Source of the DNA: Rhodospirillales bacterium
GTDB taxonomy: Bacteria > Pseudomonadota > Alphaproteobacteria > Rhodospirillales > UBA2165
DNA: 64,000 nt
Direction of reading: 5' to 3'
Assembly (NCBI GenBank): GCA_022823235.1
Contig: JAJDXO010000024.1
Span: 10,280 to 74,279, forward strand
Shown here: positions 38,135 to 46,873 of the stretch, piece by piece
Layout of the letters: each line of letters starts with the position of its first letter
How positions within the stretch are numbered: position 1 is the stretch's first letter
Program-made: the position numbers and the translations under genes
Notes under the pieces: model-generated
Told to the model about the DNA's origin: nothing
Database searches by the model: none
The model's input: only the letters and a program-made list of their open reading frames with translations

Positions 38135-38778
38135 GCACCACCCCGACCCCTGATGCGCTTGCTGAATTACAGCTTGGCGACATCGCCTATCTCGACGGGC
38201 TGATTTATACCGCCCGCGAGGGCGTCTATATGCGCGCAATCGAGCAGAAGGCTGAAATTCCCTTAGAGTTGCCGAAGCAAAGTGCGACCAATTTTCATTG
38301 CTCTCCTGCGGCGTCAATTAACGAGGACGGCACGTTCAACATGGGTGCGGTGACCGCGACGGCCTCCTTCCGGTTCGCCAAGTGGCTGTCCGAATGGATG
38401 GATAAGTCCGGCGCCAAAATCATTATCGGAAAAGGCGGAATGACAAGCGAGCTCTACAAGAGCATTTTCGTACCTCACTGTGCGGTTTATCTCTCCACCG
38501 TCGGATACGGAACCGGCGCGCTATTGGGGCGGGGCATCAAGAGGGTTGTTGATATTCATTGGGAGAAAGAAGTCGGTCTTGCGCAGGCCATGTGGGTGAT
38601 AGAGGCCGAAAGAATGGGCCCATTCATCGTTGCGTCGGACCTGGAAGGCAATTGTTTGTTCGAACGCGAGAACGAGAAAATTGCCCACGGTCTGGACAAA
38701 ATCTATGAAGGCACTAAGCCCGCGGTATTGAAACGCTTCGGCGAAACCGACGATAGGAAAGACGAGGTAATCGGCTGA
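38098..38778 (+). CDS. Fe-S hydro-lyase beta subunit (FumB-C / TtdB type)
   Basis: LQLGDIAYLDGLIYTARE, TATASFR and IIIGKGGM. Confidence 0.85.
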   Translation: MGRPAKPREISLSTTPTPDALAELQLGDIAYLDGLIYTAREGVYMRAIEQKAEIPLELPKQSATNFHCSPAASINEDGTFNMGAVTATASFRFAKWLSEWMDKSGAKIIIGKGGMTSELYKSIFVPHCAVYLSTVGYGTGALLGRGIKRVVDIHWEKEVGLAQAMWVIEAERMGPFIVASDLEGNCLFERENEKIAHGLDKIYEGTKPAVLKRFGETDDRKDEVIG

Positions 38779-38879
38779 ACGCCACCGAGCCGGCGTTTTT
38801 GACGCCGCCGCTACCGCTTTGTCGAACACGGCGTCCAGTATCCGGTTTTACCGTGTCACCCCCCGACAGAAGCCCCAGT

Positions 38880-38980
38880 ACCCGTGATGGCGGTGGCGGA
38901 TCAAACGATGCCTTAATGGATGTGCCGCCGATATCGGCTGCCAGCCTGAGGCCGCCATTCTGTTCGTGATTTGCGGTCAA
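38880..38980 (-). pseudogene. Relic N-terminus of an actin-fold ATPase (hydantoinase A-like or ROK kinase-like)
   Basis: GGLRLAADIGGTSIKASFD, after which similarity is lost. Confidence 0.35.
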
Positions 38981-39048
38981 TGTCGTGTCTCTCCCCCGAC
39001 GGCTGGATGGCGTCCTGGTCTCCTGCCGAAACTACGCGCGGCCCATTA

Positions 39049-39192
39049 TCAAGCGTCCGTGCTCATCAAGACAAATGCAACAAGGCGGGGCTCGGTGCCG
39101 GTGTTTTTCCAGCCGTGAATGTTCGCCTGCTGCACCAGCGTATCCCCCCTCTTCATGGTGAGTTCAAGCCCGTCTTCCAGTTCCAACCGTTG
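39049..39192 (-). pseudogene. C-terminal fragment of a cupin protein
   Basis: LELEDGLELTMKRGDTLVQQANIHGWKNTGTEPRLVAFVL with no N-terminal half. Confidence 0.6.
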
Positions 39193-39428
39193 GGCGCGGG
39201 ACGTTTTTATCGGAGTTGCCGCCCGGCACTGACGCCAATTCATCACTGGTATTAATTTATTTGATCAATAAGAAAAATTTCTCAAATGGTGCGAGAGTGC
39301 CCTAGAATTACGCCGTCAGGTCGGATTGAGCCATATCTCAATCGAACGCAGACCGCATAACGAACTTGTCCAACTACAAAACCAAAATTGACATTTGCTG
39401 AAATTCAATATCCAGGGAGGAAATTAAG

Positions 39429-40424
39429 ATGAAAAATGCAGGATTGATCGGAGTTCTTGCGCTCGCCGTTCTCGCGGCGCCGGCAGCCGCCGAGCCCATG
39501 AAGCTCAAGTTTGCTTCACCCTCGCCGCCGAAAGCGCACCTCAACGTCCAGATATTCGGTCCGTGGGTGAAGAAGGTCACGGCCGATTCCAAGGGGACGC
39601 TGGACGTCGAGTTGGTTGCCGGCCGGGTGCTGGCGAGCCACCAGAACCTGTTCGATCGCGTGAAGACCAATGTGGCCCAAATCGGGTGGAGCCTGCAGGG
39701 ATTCGTCCCCGGCAAGTTCAAGAAATCCAACATCGTCGCATTGCCCCTCCTGTTCGAGACGTCGTCGGTCGGATCCCGGGCCTTGTGGCGGCTCTATGAA
39801 CGGGGGCTGATTTCCGACGAGTATCAGGACGTCAAACTTCTGGCGGCCTTCTCGTTCGCGCCGAACGCGCTCCACACCAATTCTCCCGTCAAATCCCTGG
39901 AAGATCTGAAGGGGATGAAAATCGGCTCGACCGGGCCGATGCGGCTCGCAACCGTTGGCGCCCTGGGCGCGACGCCCGTGTCCATGATCACGCCCAAAAT
40001 CTATCAGAACGTGAGCCGCGGTCTGGTCAAGGGTACGTTCATCGCCTGGACCGCGTTTCAGCCCTACCGGCTCTACGAGGTCACCAAATACCACACCGAC
40101 ATCGCCTTGGGCGGTGCCGCCGGCATGGTCATCATGAACAAGAAGACCTATGACGGTCTGAAAGGCGACGCCCGGAGAGCCATCGATAAGAATTCCTTCG
40201 CCGGTTTGGTTCGCAAGTATTCCGAGTTTTGGGATCGAATCCAGGCCGGGTCGAAGAAGAAGTACGGCTCGCTGGAAGGCCACACGGTGATCAAGCTCAC
40301 CGATGCCGAAGAGAAGCGTTGGGCGGACGCGACGCTGTCCGTCCACACCGAATGGGCAAAGAATACGCCGAACGGCGAAGCCATTCTCGCGGCATTCAAG
40401 GAAGAAATAGCCAAGCTCAAATAG
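39429..40424 (+). CDS. dctP: TRAP substrate-binding protein
   Basis: GGGAGG RBS, signal peptide, DctP fold motifs; the usual K(I/L)R position reads KIG. Confidence 0.88.
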   Translation: MKNAGLIGVLALAVLAAPAAAEPMKLKFASPSPPKAHLNVQIFGPWVKKVTADSKGTLDVELVAGRVLASHQNLFDRVKTNVAQIGWSLQGFVPGKFKKSNIVALPLLFETSSVGSRALWRLYERGLISDEYQDVKLLAAFSFAPNALHTNSPVKSLEDLKGMKIGSTGPMRLATVGALGATPVSMITPKIYQNVSRGLVKGTFIAWTAFQPYRLYEVTKYHTDIALGGAAGMVIMNKKTYDGLKGDARRAIDKNSFAGLVRKYSEFWDRIQAGSKKKYGSLEGHTVIKLTDAEEKRWADATLSVHTEWAKNTPNGEAILAAFKEEIAKLK

Positions 40425-40451
40425 GCCGGCCAGCATCAAGCGAAGCCGGTT

Positions 40452-42425
40452 TTGATGTCTTCGTGGCCCAACAACTATGTTGAAAGAAGCATCGCGATCA
40501 CCCGTCGCGTTGCTTCTTTCGGCGTCTTGGGGATGCTCGTCATCTCCCTCTTGACCGTGGGCGATATCACACTGCGGTTTGTATTCAACTCGCCGATCGT
40601 CGGGTTCAACGAGGTCGTGGAGATGGTCATGGCGGTCGCCATCGCGGCGACGTTCCCGGCCGGCCTCGCCCAGCGGGTGCATCTGAAAATCGATCTGCTG
40701 GGCGGCGTTCTCAGTCCGCGAACCCGATGCTGGCTGAACCCCCTGGGTTCGTTCCTGTTGCTCCTCATCTTTTTGGTGTTTGCCTGGCGGATCGGCCATC
40801 ACGCCATCGAGGTCGATAATATCGGCAAGACGACGATGATCCTCGAATGGCGGCTGTCTCCGTTCATGTGGGTGATTACCGCGCTGATGGCCGTGTGCGC
40901 CCTGATTCAGTTCGTCGTGCTGCTGACGGATATCGCGAACGCGTTTGCCGGATTTGTTCCGCCGCGGGATTTCGGCGAAGAAAAAGAGCCGCAACGGCTG
41001 AGCGGCCGGCCGATCACGCCAACCCTGTTTGGCATCATCGCCGTCTTGCTGGTGGCCGTTATCGCCGGCCTGAACGTGTCGCTGCAGGGCATGACGGAGT
41101 TTCTGCCGTCCGTTTTGCCCGACTCCAAGGCGGCCATCGCGGTCACCTTCTTCCTGTTTATGTGGGTCATGATCCTGGCGCTGGTGCCATTGGCGGCGGC
41201 CATGGGTCTGATCGGCTTGATCGGGACGATCCTCATGGTCGGCTTCGAACCGGCCCTCGGCGTGATCGGCACCGAGGTTGTGGAATTCCTGACCAACGGA
41301 AACCTGGCGGTCCTGCCCCTGTTTCTGATGATGGGCGCCTTCGCCTCCGTCGCGGGTCTTTCCGGAGATATCTACAAACTGGCCCATGTCTTGATCGGCC
41401 ACCGGCGGGGCGGGCTTGCGCTGGCGACCATCGGCGGATGCGCCGGGTTTGGCGCGCTGACCGGCTCCTCGCTGGCGACCGCGGTCACAATCGGCCGCGT
41501 GGCCCTGCCGGAAATGCGGGAGCGCGGCTACTCGCCCGACCTCGCGACGGGCTGCGTGGCGGCCGGCGGAACGCTGGGGCAGTTGGTCCCTCCGTCGTCG
41601 GCGATCGTCATCTACGCAATCCTGGTGGAGGAATCCATCGGACGGCTGTTTATCGCGGCCGTTGTGCCCGCGATCATCGCGACGATCTTCTACATGGTCA
41701 CCGTTTCGCTTTACATCCGCTTCGCCAGGAAATCGGCGCCGGCAAGCGAACGGCCGACAGGCGCCGAGGTCTGGGCGGCGCTTCGCCAAAGCTGGGGCGT
41801 GATTGCTCTCTTCGGGGTGGTGATCGGCGGCATCTACGGGGGCATTTTTACCGTCAACGAGGCGGCGGCCGTCGGCGCGGGCGGCGCCTTCATGTTTGCG
41901 CTGTTCCGGGGAAAACTCCACCGGGGCGCCATCTGGGAGGTGATGGGCGAGACCACTCAGACCACGGCGATGATCTACGCGCTGATATTCGGCGCCGTGA
42001 CGTTCTCGTTCTTCATCGGGACGACGGGATTGACCGGCATGGTAACCGACGCCATCGGCGGGCTCGATCTTCACCGGATCGCCATAATTTTCCTGATCCT
42101 TCTGGTCTACCTGATCCTCGGTGCGATCATGGATCCGTTCGCGCTGATGGTGATCACCGTGCCCATCGTATCGCCGCTGATCCTCGATCTCGGATACGAC
42201 CTGATCTGGTTCGGCATCATCATGGTCGTGGTGGTGGAGACGGGCCTGATCACCCCGCCGTTCGGCATCAACGTGTTCGTTTTGAAGGGGGTGGCCGGAG
42301 ATGTTCCCATGCCGACCATATTCAAGGGCGTTCTGCCGTTCGTCGGCGCCGACATCGTGAAGCTCGTTCTGCTGGTCTTTTTCCCGGCATTGATCCTCTG
42401 GCTGCCCTCGACGATGATAAATTGA
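40452..42425 (+). CDS. Fused TRAP DctQ-DctM permease
   Basis: N-terminal DctQ segment (DITLRFVFNSPI) followed by DctM motifs VLPLFLMMG, GGTLGQLVPPS and ITPPFG. Confidence 0.88.
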   Translation: MMSSWPNNYVERSIAITRRVASFGVLGMLVISLLTVGDITLRFVFNSPIVGFNEVVEMVMAVAIAATFPAGLAQRVHLKIDLLGGVLSPRTRCWLNPLGSFLLLLIFLVFAWRIGHHAIEVDNIGKTTMILEWRLSPFMWVITALMAVCALIQFVVLLTDIANAFAGFVPPRDFGEEKEPQRLSGRPITPTLFGIIAVLLVAVIAGLNVSLQGMTEFLPSVLPDSKAAIAVTFFLFMWVMILALVPLAAAMGLIGLIGTILMVGFEPALGVIGTEVVEFLTNGNLAVLPLFLMMGAFASVAGLSGDIYKLAHVLIGHRRGGLALATIGGCAGFGALTGSSLATAVTIGRVALPEMRERGYSPDLATGCVAAGGTLGQLVPPSSAIVIYAILVEESIGRLFIAAVVPAIIATIFYMVTVSLYIRFARKSAPASERPTGAEVWAALRQSWGVIALFGVVIGGIYGGIFTVNEAAAVGAGGAFMFALFRGKLHRGAIWEVMGETTQTTAMIYALIFGAVTFSFFIGTTGLTGMVTDAIGGLDLHRIAIIFLILLVYLILGAIMDPFALMVITVPIVSPLILDLGYDLIWFGIIMVVVVETGLITPPFGINVFVLKGVAGDVPMPTIFKGVLPFVGADIVKLVLLVFFPALILWLPSTMIN

Positions 42426-42453
42426 CGGTCGGGGAGGCTGAGGGCGAAGTGGC

Positions 42454-43359
42454 ATGAAGCTTGTTTCCTTTAACACCGATCGGGGGCCCGGCGTCGGGCT
42501 TGTCGCCGATGACGACCGCATCGTCGATCTCCGGCCGCTCGGAGAGGGCTTCCGCTCGATGCGGGCCATCCTGGAGAACGGCGAGGCGGCGCTTAACGCC
42601 GTTCGCGCCGTCTCCTCGGATCGCCAAGAGGCGCCCGGAGAGCCTGTCCGGTTAAAGGATGCGGACCTTTTGCCGCCCGTCCCGAACCCGAAACTGATCC
42701 TCTCCGTCGGTCTCAATTACTGGAAGCACCTGGAGGAGATGGAGGGAACGCCGGTGCCCAAGCATCCGGCGGCGTTCATCAAGACGCGGGACTCGCTGCT
42801 CGGTTCGGGCAAGCCGGTCACCGCGCCAAGCCAATGCCCCGATATGATGGACTACGAAGGGGAGTTGTGCGTCGTCATGGGCAGGGTGTGCCACGATGCG
42901 GATGCCTCGGCGGCCATGGACGCCGTCGCCGGCTACACCATCGCCAACGACATTTCGGCGCGCAACTGGGTTCACGAGGTCTTCGAGGCGGACGGGACGT
43001 TTCCGGCCATCCACGCCTGGGAGAGAAACCTCAACGGCAAGCAGTTGCCCGGCTTCACGCCATGCGGCCCGGTCCTTGTGACCAAGGACGAGATTCCCGA
43101 TCCCCACGGCCTGCACATGGAGACCCGGCTCAACGGCGAGGTCATGCAATCCACGGGGACGGACGACATGATTTTCAAGATCCCCGATCTCATCGCCTAC
43201 TATTCGAAATGGTTCCGGTTCAATCCCGGCGACATCATCACCACCGGCTCCCCGGCGGGAGTGGGTTTCGGCCGCGATCCCAAGGTGTTCATGAAGCCGG
43301 GCGATGTCGTGGAGGTCGAGGTGGAAGGGATCGGAATCCTGACGAACCGCATTTCATAG
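42454..43359 (+). CDS. Fumarylacetoacetate hydrolase family protein
   Basis: VGLNYWKH, DYEGEL, NDISAR, GK and TGSPAGVG. Confidence 0.9.
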   Translation: MKLVSFNTDRGPGVGLVADDDRIVDLRPLGEGFRSMRAILENGEAALNAVRAVSSDRQEAPGEPVRLKDADLLPPVPNPKLILSVGLNYWKHLEEMEGTPVPKHPAAFIKTRDSLLGSGKPVTAPSQCPDMMDYEGELCVVMGRVCHDADASAAMDAVAGYTIANDISARNWVHEVFEADGTFPAIHAWERNLNGKQLPGFTPCGPVLVTKDEIPDPHGLHMETRLNGEVMQSTGTDDMIFKIPDLIAYYSKWFRFNPGDIITTGSPAGVGFGRDPKVFMKPGDVVEVEVEGIGILTNRIS

Positions 43360-43400
43360 GCGCACCGGACATCTGAAACCAGCCTATGATTGACGGCGGG

Positions 43401-44306
43401 TCAGAAGATCTTTCCGTCGAAAAACCGCTCCATGAACCCATTGAAGGCATCGATCTTTGCCGGCACGTATCTGCTCCGTGCAAACAGGCTGTAGATCGAC
43501 GCGCGCGGAAGGTCGTAGCCGCTCATGACCTGCCTGACGGTTCCGCCGGCGAGCTGTTCGCGAAAAAATGCCTCCGGCCCATAGGCGATGCCGAGACCTT
43601 GCTCGGCCGCGGCGGCGATTACCCGCCCCGCGCTCGTGGTTACCCGGCTTGAAACGGGCACCGCGTAGTCATGCCCGTTGCGGGATAGACGCCAGATGCC
43701 CGGGTCCTCGACATAGCTGTATGACAGGCATTGATGCCGGGCCAAGTCATCGGGCGTGGTCGGCTCGCCATGCCGGTCAAGATAGCCGGGTGACGCGCAC
43801 AGCATTCGCGTCGATTGGAACAGCCGATGAATACCCAGGGTCTTCGGTATCCGCGGTTCGGACTGAAGCAGGCGGATCGCGATATCGAACCCGCCCTCCA
43901 TTGGATCAACCAACTGGTCATTCAGGCTCAAATCCAGCCGGATGAGAGGAAATTCCCGTAGGAATTCGACAACGCCGTCTCCCAAATCGTTCAGGCCGAA
44001 ATTGATCGGCGCGACGACGCGCAATGTTCCCTGAGGTCCGGAGCTGGAATCCGAAACGCTGCGCTCCGCAACATCTATCTCGTCGAGGATCCGGCGGCAC
44101 CTTTCGTAGAAGTTGCCGCCCACATCCGTGAGGCTCATTTGCCTGGTCGTGCGGTTCAGAAGCCTGGCGCCAAGCCTCTCCTCCAGATCAAGAATATGGC
44201 GGCTTACCGCCGCCCTCGATGTACCGGTGCGCCTGGTGGCCTTGGTAAATCCACCCGTTTCGACGACCGCGGTGAAAGCCTTCATCTGATCAAGCTGGTT
44301 CGCCAT
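43401..44306 (-). CDS. LysR-family regulator (CrgA/DmlR-like)
   Basis: AVSRHILDLEERLGARLLNRTTR and FDIAIR; divergent from ligAB-pobA. Confidence 0.92.
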   Translation of the reverse strand: MANQLDQMKAFTAVVETGGFTKATRRTGTSRAAVSRHILDLEERLGARLLNRTTRQMSLTDVGGNFYERCRRILDEIDVAERSVSDSSSGPQGTLRVVAPINFGLNDLGDGVVEFLREFPLIRLDLSLNDQLVDPMEGGFDIAIRLLQSEPRIPKTLGIHRLFQSTRMLCASPGYLDRHGEPTTPDDLARHQCLSYSYVEDPGIWRLSRNGHDYAVPVSSRVTTSAGRVIAAAAEQGLGIAYGPEAFFREQLAGGTVRQVMSGYDLPRASIYSLFARSRYVPAKIDAFNGFMERFFDGKIF

Positions 44307-44317
44307 GCTTCGGTCCC

Positions 44318-44368
44318 CATATTGTCAATTATTATGGGACAATATGTTTCAATAATAACATATTGTCC
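44318..44368. promoter_or_regulatory. Candidate operator: three alternating CATATTGTC half-sites
   Basis: Half-sites at 44318-26 (+), 44338-46 (-) and 44359-67 (+); perfect 12-bp inverted repeat GGACAATATGTT-N8-AACATATTGTCC. Confidence 0.6.
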
Positions 44369-44429
44369 AATTTTTCCGCTCTATTTAGAGTCGCCCCGGT
44401 ACGTTGGATCACGGCGCGAGGGAGACGAG

Positions 44430-44789
44430 ATGGTTGACCAGCTGAAGCCCGGCAAATCGATCAAGGACACTTACGTCTTTGATTTGAAGATGAGCGAGAG
44501 AGGCATGCGCATCAACCGATTGGCCGAGTGGTTGAACGGCGCGGAAAACCGTGAGGCATTCAAATCGGACATGGACGCCGTCATGGATCGCTTCGAACTG
44601 ACCGGCGAGGAGAAGAAGCTGATCCTCGATAACGACTGGCTCAATCTCGTGAAGGCCGGCGGCAATATCTACAACGTCGTCCGGATCGCCGCGATCTTCG
44701 ACGTTGGCCTCTACCCGTTGGGGGCTCAACAACTCGGCATGTCCTACGAGGAATTTCTCGAAACCCGCAATGAAAAGGGAGCGACCTGA
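44430..44789 (+). CDS. ligA: Class III extradiol dioxygenase small subunit (LigA-like)
   Basis: INRLAEWL...NREAF...DWLNLVKAGGNIY...GMSYEEF; directly upstream of ligB. Confidence 0.75.
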   Translation: MVDQLKPGKSIKDTYVFDLKMSERGMRINRLAEWLNGAENREAFKSDMDAVMDRFELTGEEKKLILDNDWLNLVKAGGNIYNVVRIAAIFDVGLYPLGAQQLGMSYEEFLETRNEKGAT

Positions 44790-44790
44790 G

Positions 44791-45636
44791 ATGGCCATGA
44801 TTGTTGCAGGAATTGGAACCTCGCATGTTCCGTCGATTGGCGCCGTCGTGGATAGCGGAAGGCAGAATACGCCGGAGTGGAAGCCTCTCTTCGACGCCTA
44901 CGAGCCGGTAAGGACCTGGTTGTCGGATGAGCGGAAGGTCGACGCGGTCATCGTCATCTATAACGATCACGCCTGCGATTTTTCGTTCTCCAAATATCCG
45001 ACCTTCGCCGTCGGCGCCGCGTCCGAATATGCGATCGCCGATGAGGGTTTCGGCGTCCGGCCGCTGCCGCCGGTAAAGGGCGATCTGGACCTTTCCGCGC
45101 ATATCTGCCGGCATCTCGTCTACGAGGAAGAGTTCGACATCACCATCTGCAAGGAAATGGCCGTCGAACACGGCCTGCTGGTTCCGATGGATCTGTGTTT
45201 TCCGCAGCAGGGCGAGTGGCCGGTCAAGGTCATCCCAGTGCAGGTCAACGTCCTCCAGCATCCCATCCCGACGGCGCTCCGCTGCTTCAAGCTGGGCGCG
45301 GCCCTGAGACGCGCCGTCGAAAGCTATGACCGGGATGTCAATGTGGCCGTCATGGGCACCGGCGGGATGTCGCATCAACTGCACGGTGAGCGGTTCGGGC
45401 ATCTGAACTCCGACTTCGACAATTGGTTCCTGGACAAAATCGAATCGGACCCGCAGGCGATTTGCGGCATGACCCATTTTGATTTGATGGAGCAGGCGGG
45501 CGCCGAAGCGGTCGAGCTCATCATGTGGCTCACCATGCGTGGCGCCATGACCCCCGATGCCCAACGAATTCATCGCAATTACTACGCGCCGATGACCACC
45601 GGCATGGGCCTGATCACCATGCAGGACGCCGCCTAG
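44791..45636 (+). CDS. ligB: Class III extradiol dioxygenase catalytic subunit (LigB-like; protocatechuate or gallate type)
   Basis: TSHVP, YNDH, GTGGMSHQL and GAEAVELIMW. Confidence 0.85.
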   Translation: MAMIVAGIGTSHVPSIGAVVDSGRQNTPEWKPLFDAYEPVRTWLSDERKVDAVIVIYNDHACDFSFSKYPTFAVGAASEYAIADEGFGVRPLPPVKGDLDLSAHICRHLVYEEEFDITICKEMAVEHGLLVPMDLCFPQQGEWPVKVIPVQVNVLQHPIPTALRCFKLGAALRRAVESYDRDVNVAVMGTGGMSHQLHGERFGHLNSDFDNWFLDKIESDPQAICGMTHFDLMEQAGAEAVELIMWLTMRGAMTPDAQRIHRNYYAPMTTGMGLITMQDAA

Positions 45637-45688
45637 TTTTTTTCCGAACTTGCGTCCCCGCCGCGCGCCGGGCAGAGAGGTAACCGTT

Positions 45689-46873
45689 ATGCACGTTCCC
45701 GTAGCAATCGTTGGGGCCGGCCCCTCGGGATCCCTGTTGGCCTGGATCCTTCGCCTCCGCGGCATTGAGAGTATCGTCCTCGAGGCGAGAAGCCGCGAAT
45801 ATGTAGAGCAGCGAATTCGTGCCGGCGTGTTGGAGCAGGGCACCGTCGATATGCTGATCAAGGCCGGTATCGGCGACCGGTTGAAGAAAGAGCACATGTA
45901 CCATCGGGGCGTCTGCATCGGCTACCGGAACCGGCATTACATGCTCGATTTCGAAGAGCTGATCGGCCGCGGCGTTACGGTTTACGGTCAACAGGAAATC
46001 ACCCGCGATCTGCTCGGGGCGCTCGCCAAGGAAAATCACAATGTCATTTATGAAGCGCCCGTTGTTGCGATCGAGGATATCGACAGCGATCGGCCGGCGG
46101 TTCGCTATGAGCACAACGGCCGGACTCACGAGTTGACGGCCGACATCGTTGCAGGGTGTGACGGCTTCCATGGGGCATCCCGGAAGGCCATGCCGGCCGA
46201 CGTCCTGAAGGCCTACGAAACGGTGTATCCCTTCGGCTGGCTGGGCGTCCTGGCCGAGGCTCCCCCGTCAAAAGAGGTTGCGCTTTTTTCCCACCACGAA
46301 AACGGCTTCGCCCTGTTGAGCATGAGATCGCCGACGATCAGCCGTCTATATCTCCAATGCGCGCCGGATGAAGACTTGTCGGAATGGTCCGACGGCCGAA
46401 TATGGGACGAGTTGGAAACGCGGTTGGGGGCGCCCGGATGGACGCTCGAACGCGGGCCGATACTTCAAAAGGAGGTCACGCCGTTGCGGAGCTTCTTCTC
46501 CGAACCGATGCAGCATGGGCGCCTGTTTCTGGCCGGGGATGCGGCACATGTGGTTCCCCCTACCGGCGCAAAGGGTTTGAACTCGGCCGTTGCGGATGTC
46601 AGCGTGCTTTCGGCGGCGTTGATCGACCATTTCACGAAGGGCGACGAGGCGCTGCTTCGGCGATACTCGGACATCGCCCTGGAACGAAACTGGCAGGTCC
46701 AGAGATTCTCCTGGTCGAACACGGCGATGTATCACGTCTATCCGGACCGCTCCCCATTCGATGCCCGTATGCACGAGGCGCAGCTTCGGTATCTGATCGG
46801 CGACAGATCGCCGCAGATCGTCTATGCCGAAAACCATACGGGGCTCCCGATCAGTCACTGGCCGGAGATCTAA
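45689..46873 (+). CDS. pobA: 4-hydroxybenzoate 3-monooxygenase homologue with altered active site
   Basis: RIRAGVLEQG, GCDGFHG, YPFGWLG and GDAAHVVPPTGAKGLN. Confidence 0.8.
   Translation: MHVPVAIVGAGPSGSLLAWILRLRGIESIVLEARSREYVEQRIRAGVLEQGTVDMLIKAGIGDRLKKEHMYHRGVCIGYRNRHYMLDFEELIGRGVTVYGQQEITRDLLGALAKENHNVIYEAPVVAIEDIDSDRPAVRYEHNGRTHELTADIVAGCDGFHGASRKAMPADVLKAYETVYPFGWLGVLAEAPPSKEVALFSHHENGFALLSMRSPTISRLYLQCAPDEDLSEWSDGRIWDELETRLGAPGWTLERGPILQKEVTPLRSFFSEPMQHGRLFLAGDAAHVVPPTGAKGLNSAVADVSVLSAALIDHFTKGDEALLRRYSDIALERNWQVQRFSWSNTAMYHVYPDRSPFDARMHEAQLRYLIGDRSPQIVYAENHTGLPISHWPEI

Noticed and set aside
39516-42716. 1066-aa minus-strand ORF
   Set aside because: Antisense shadow of the GC-rich TRAP genes; no motifs.
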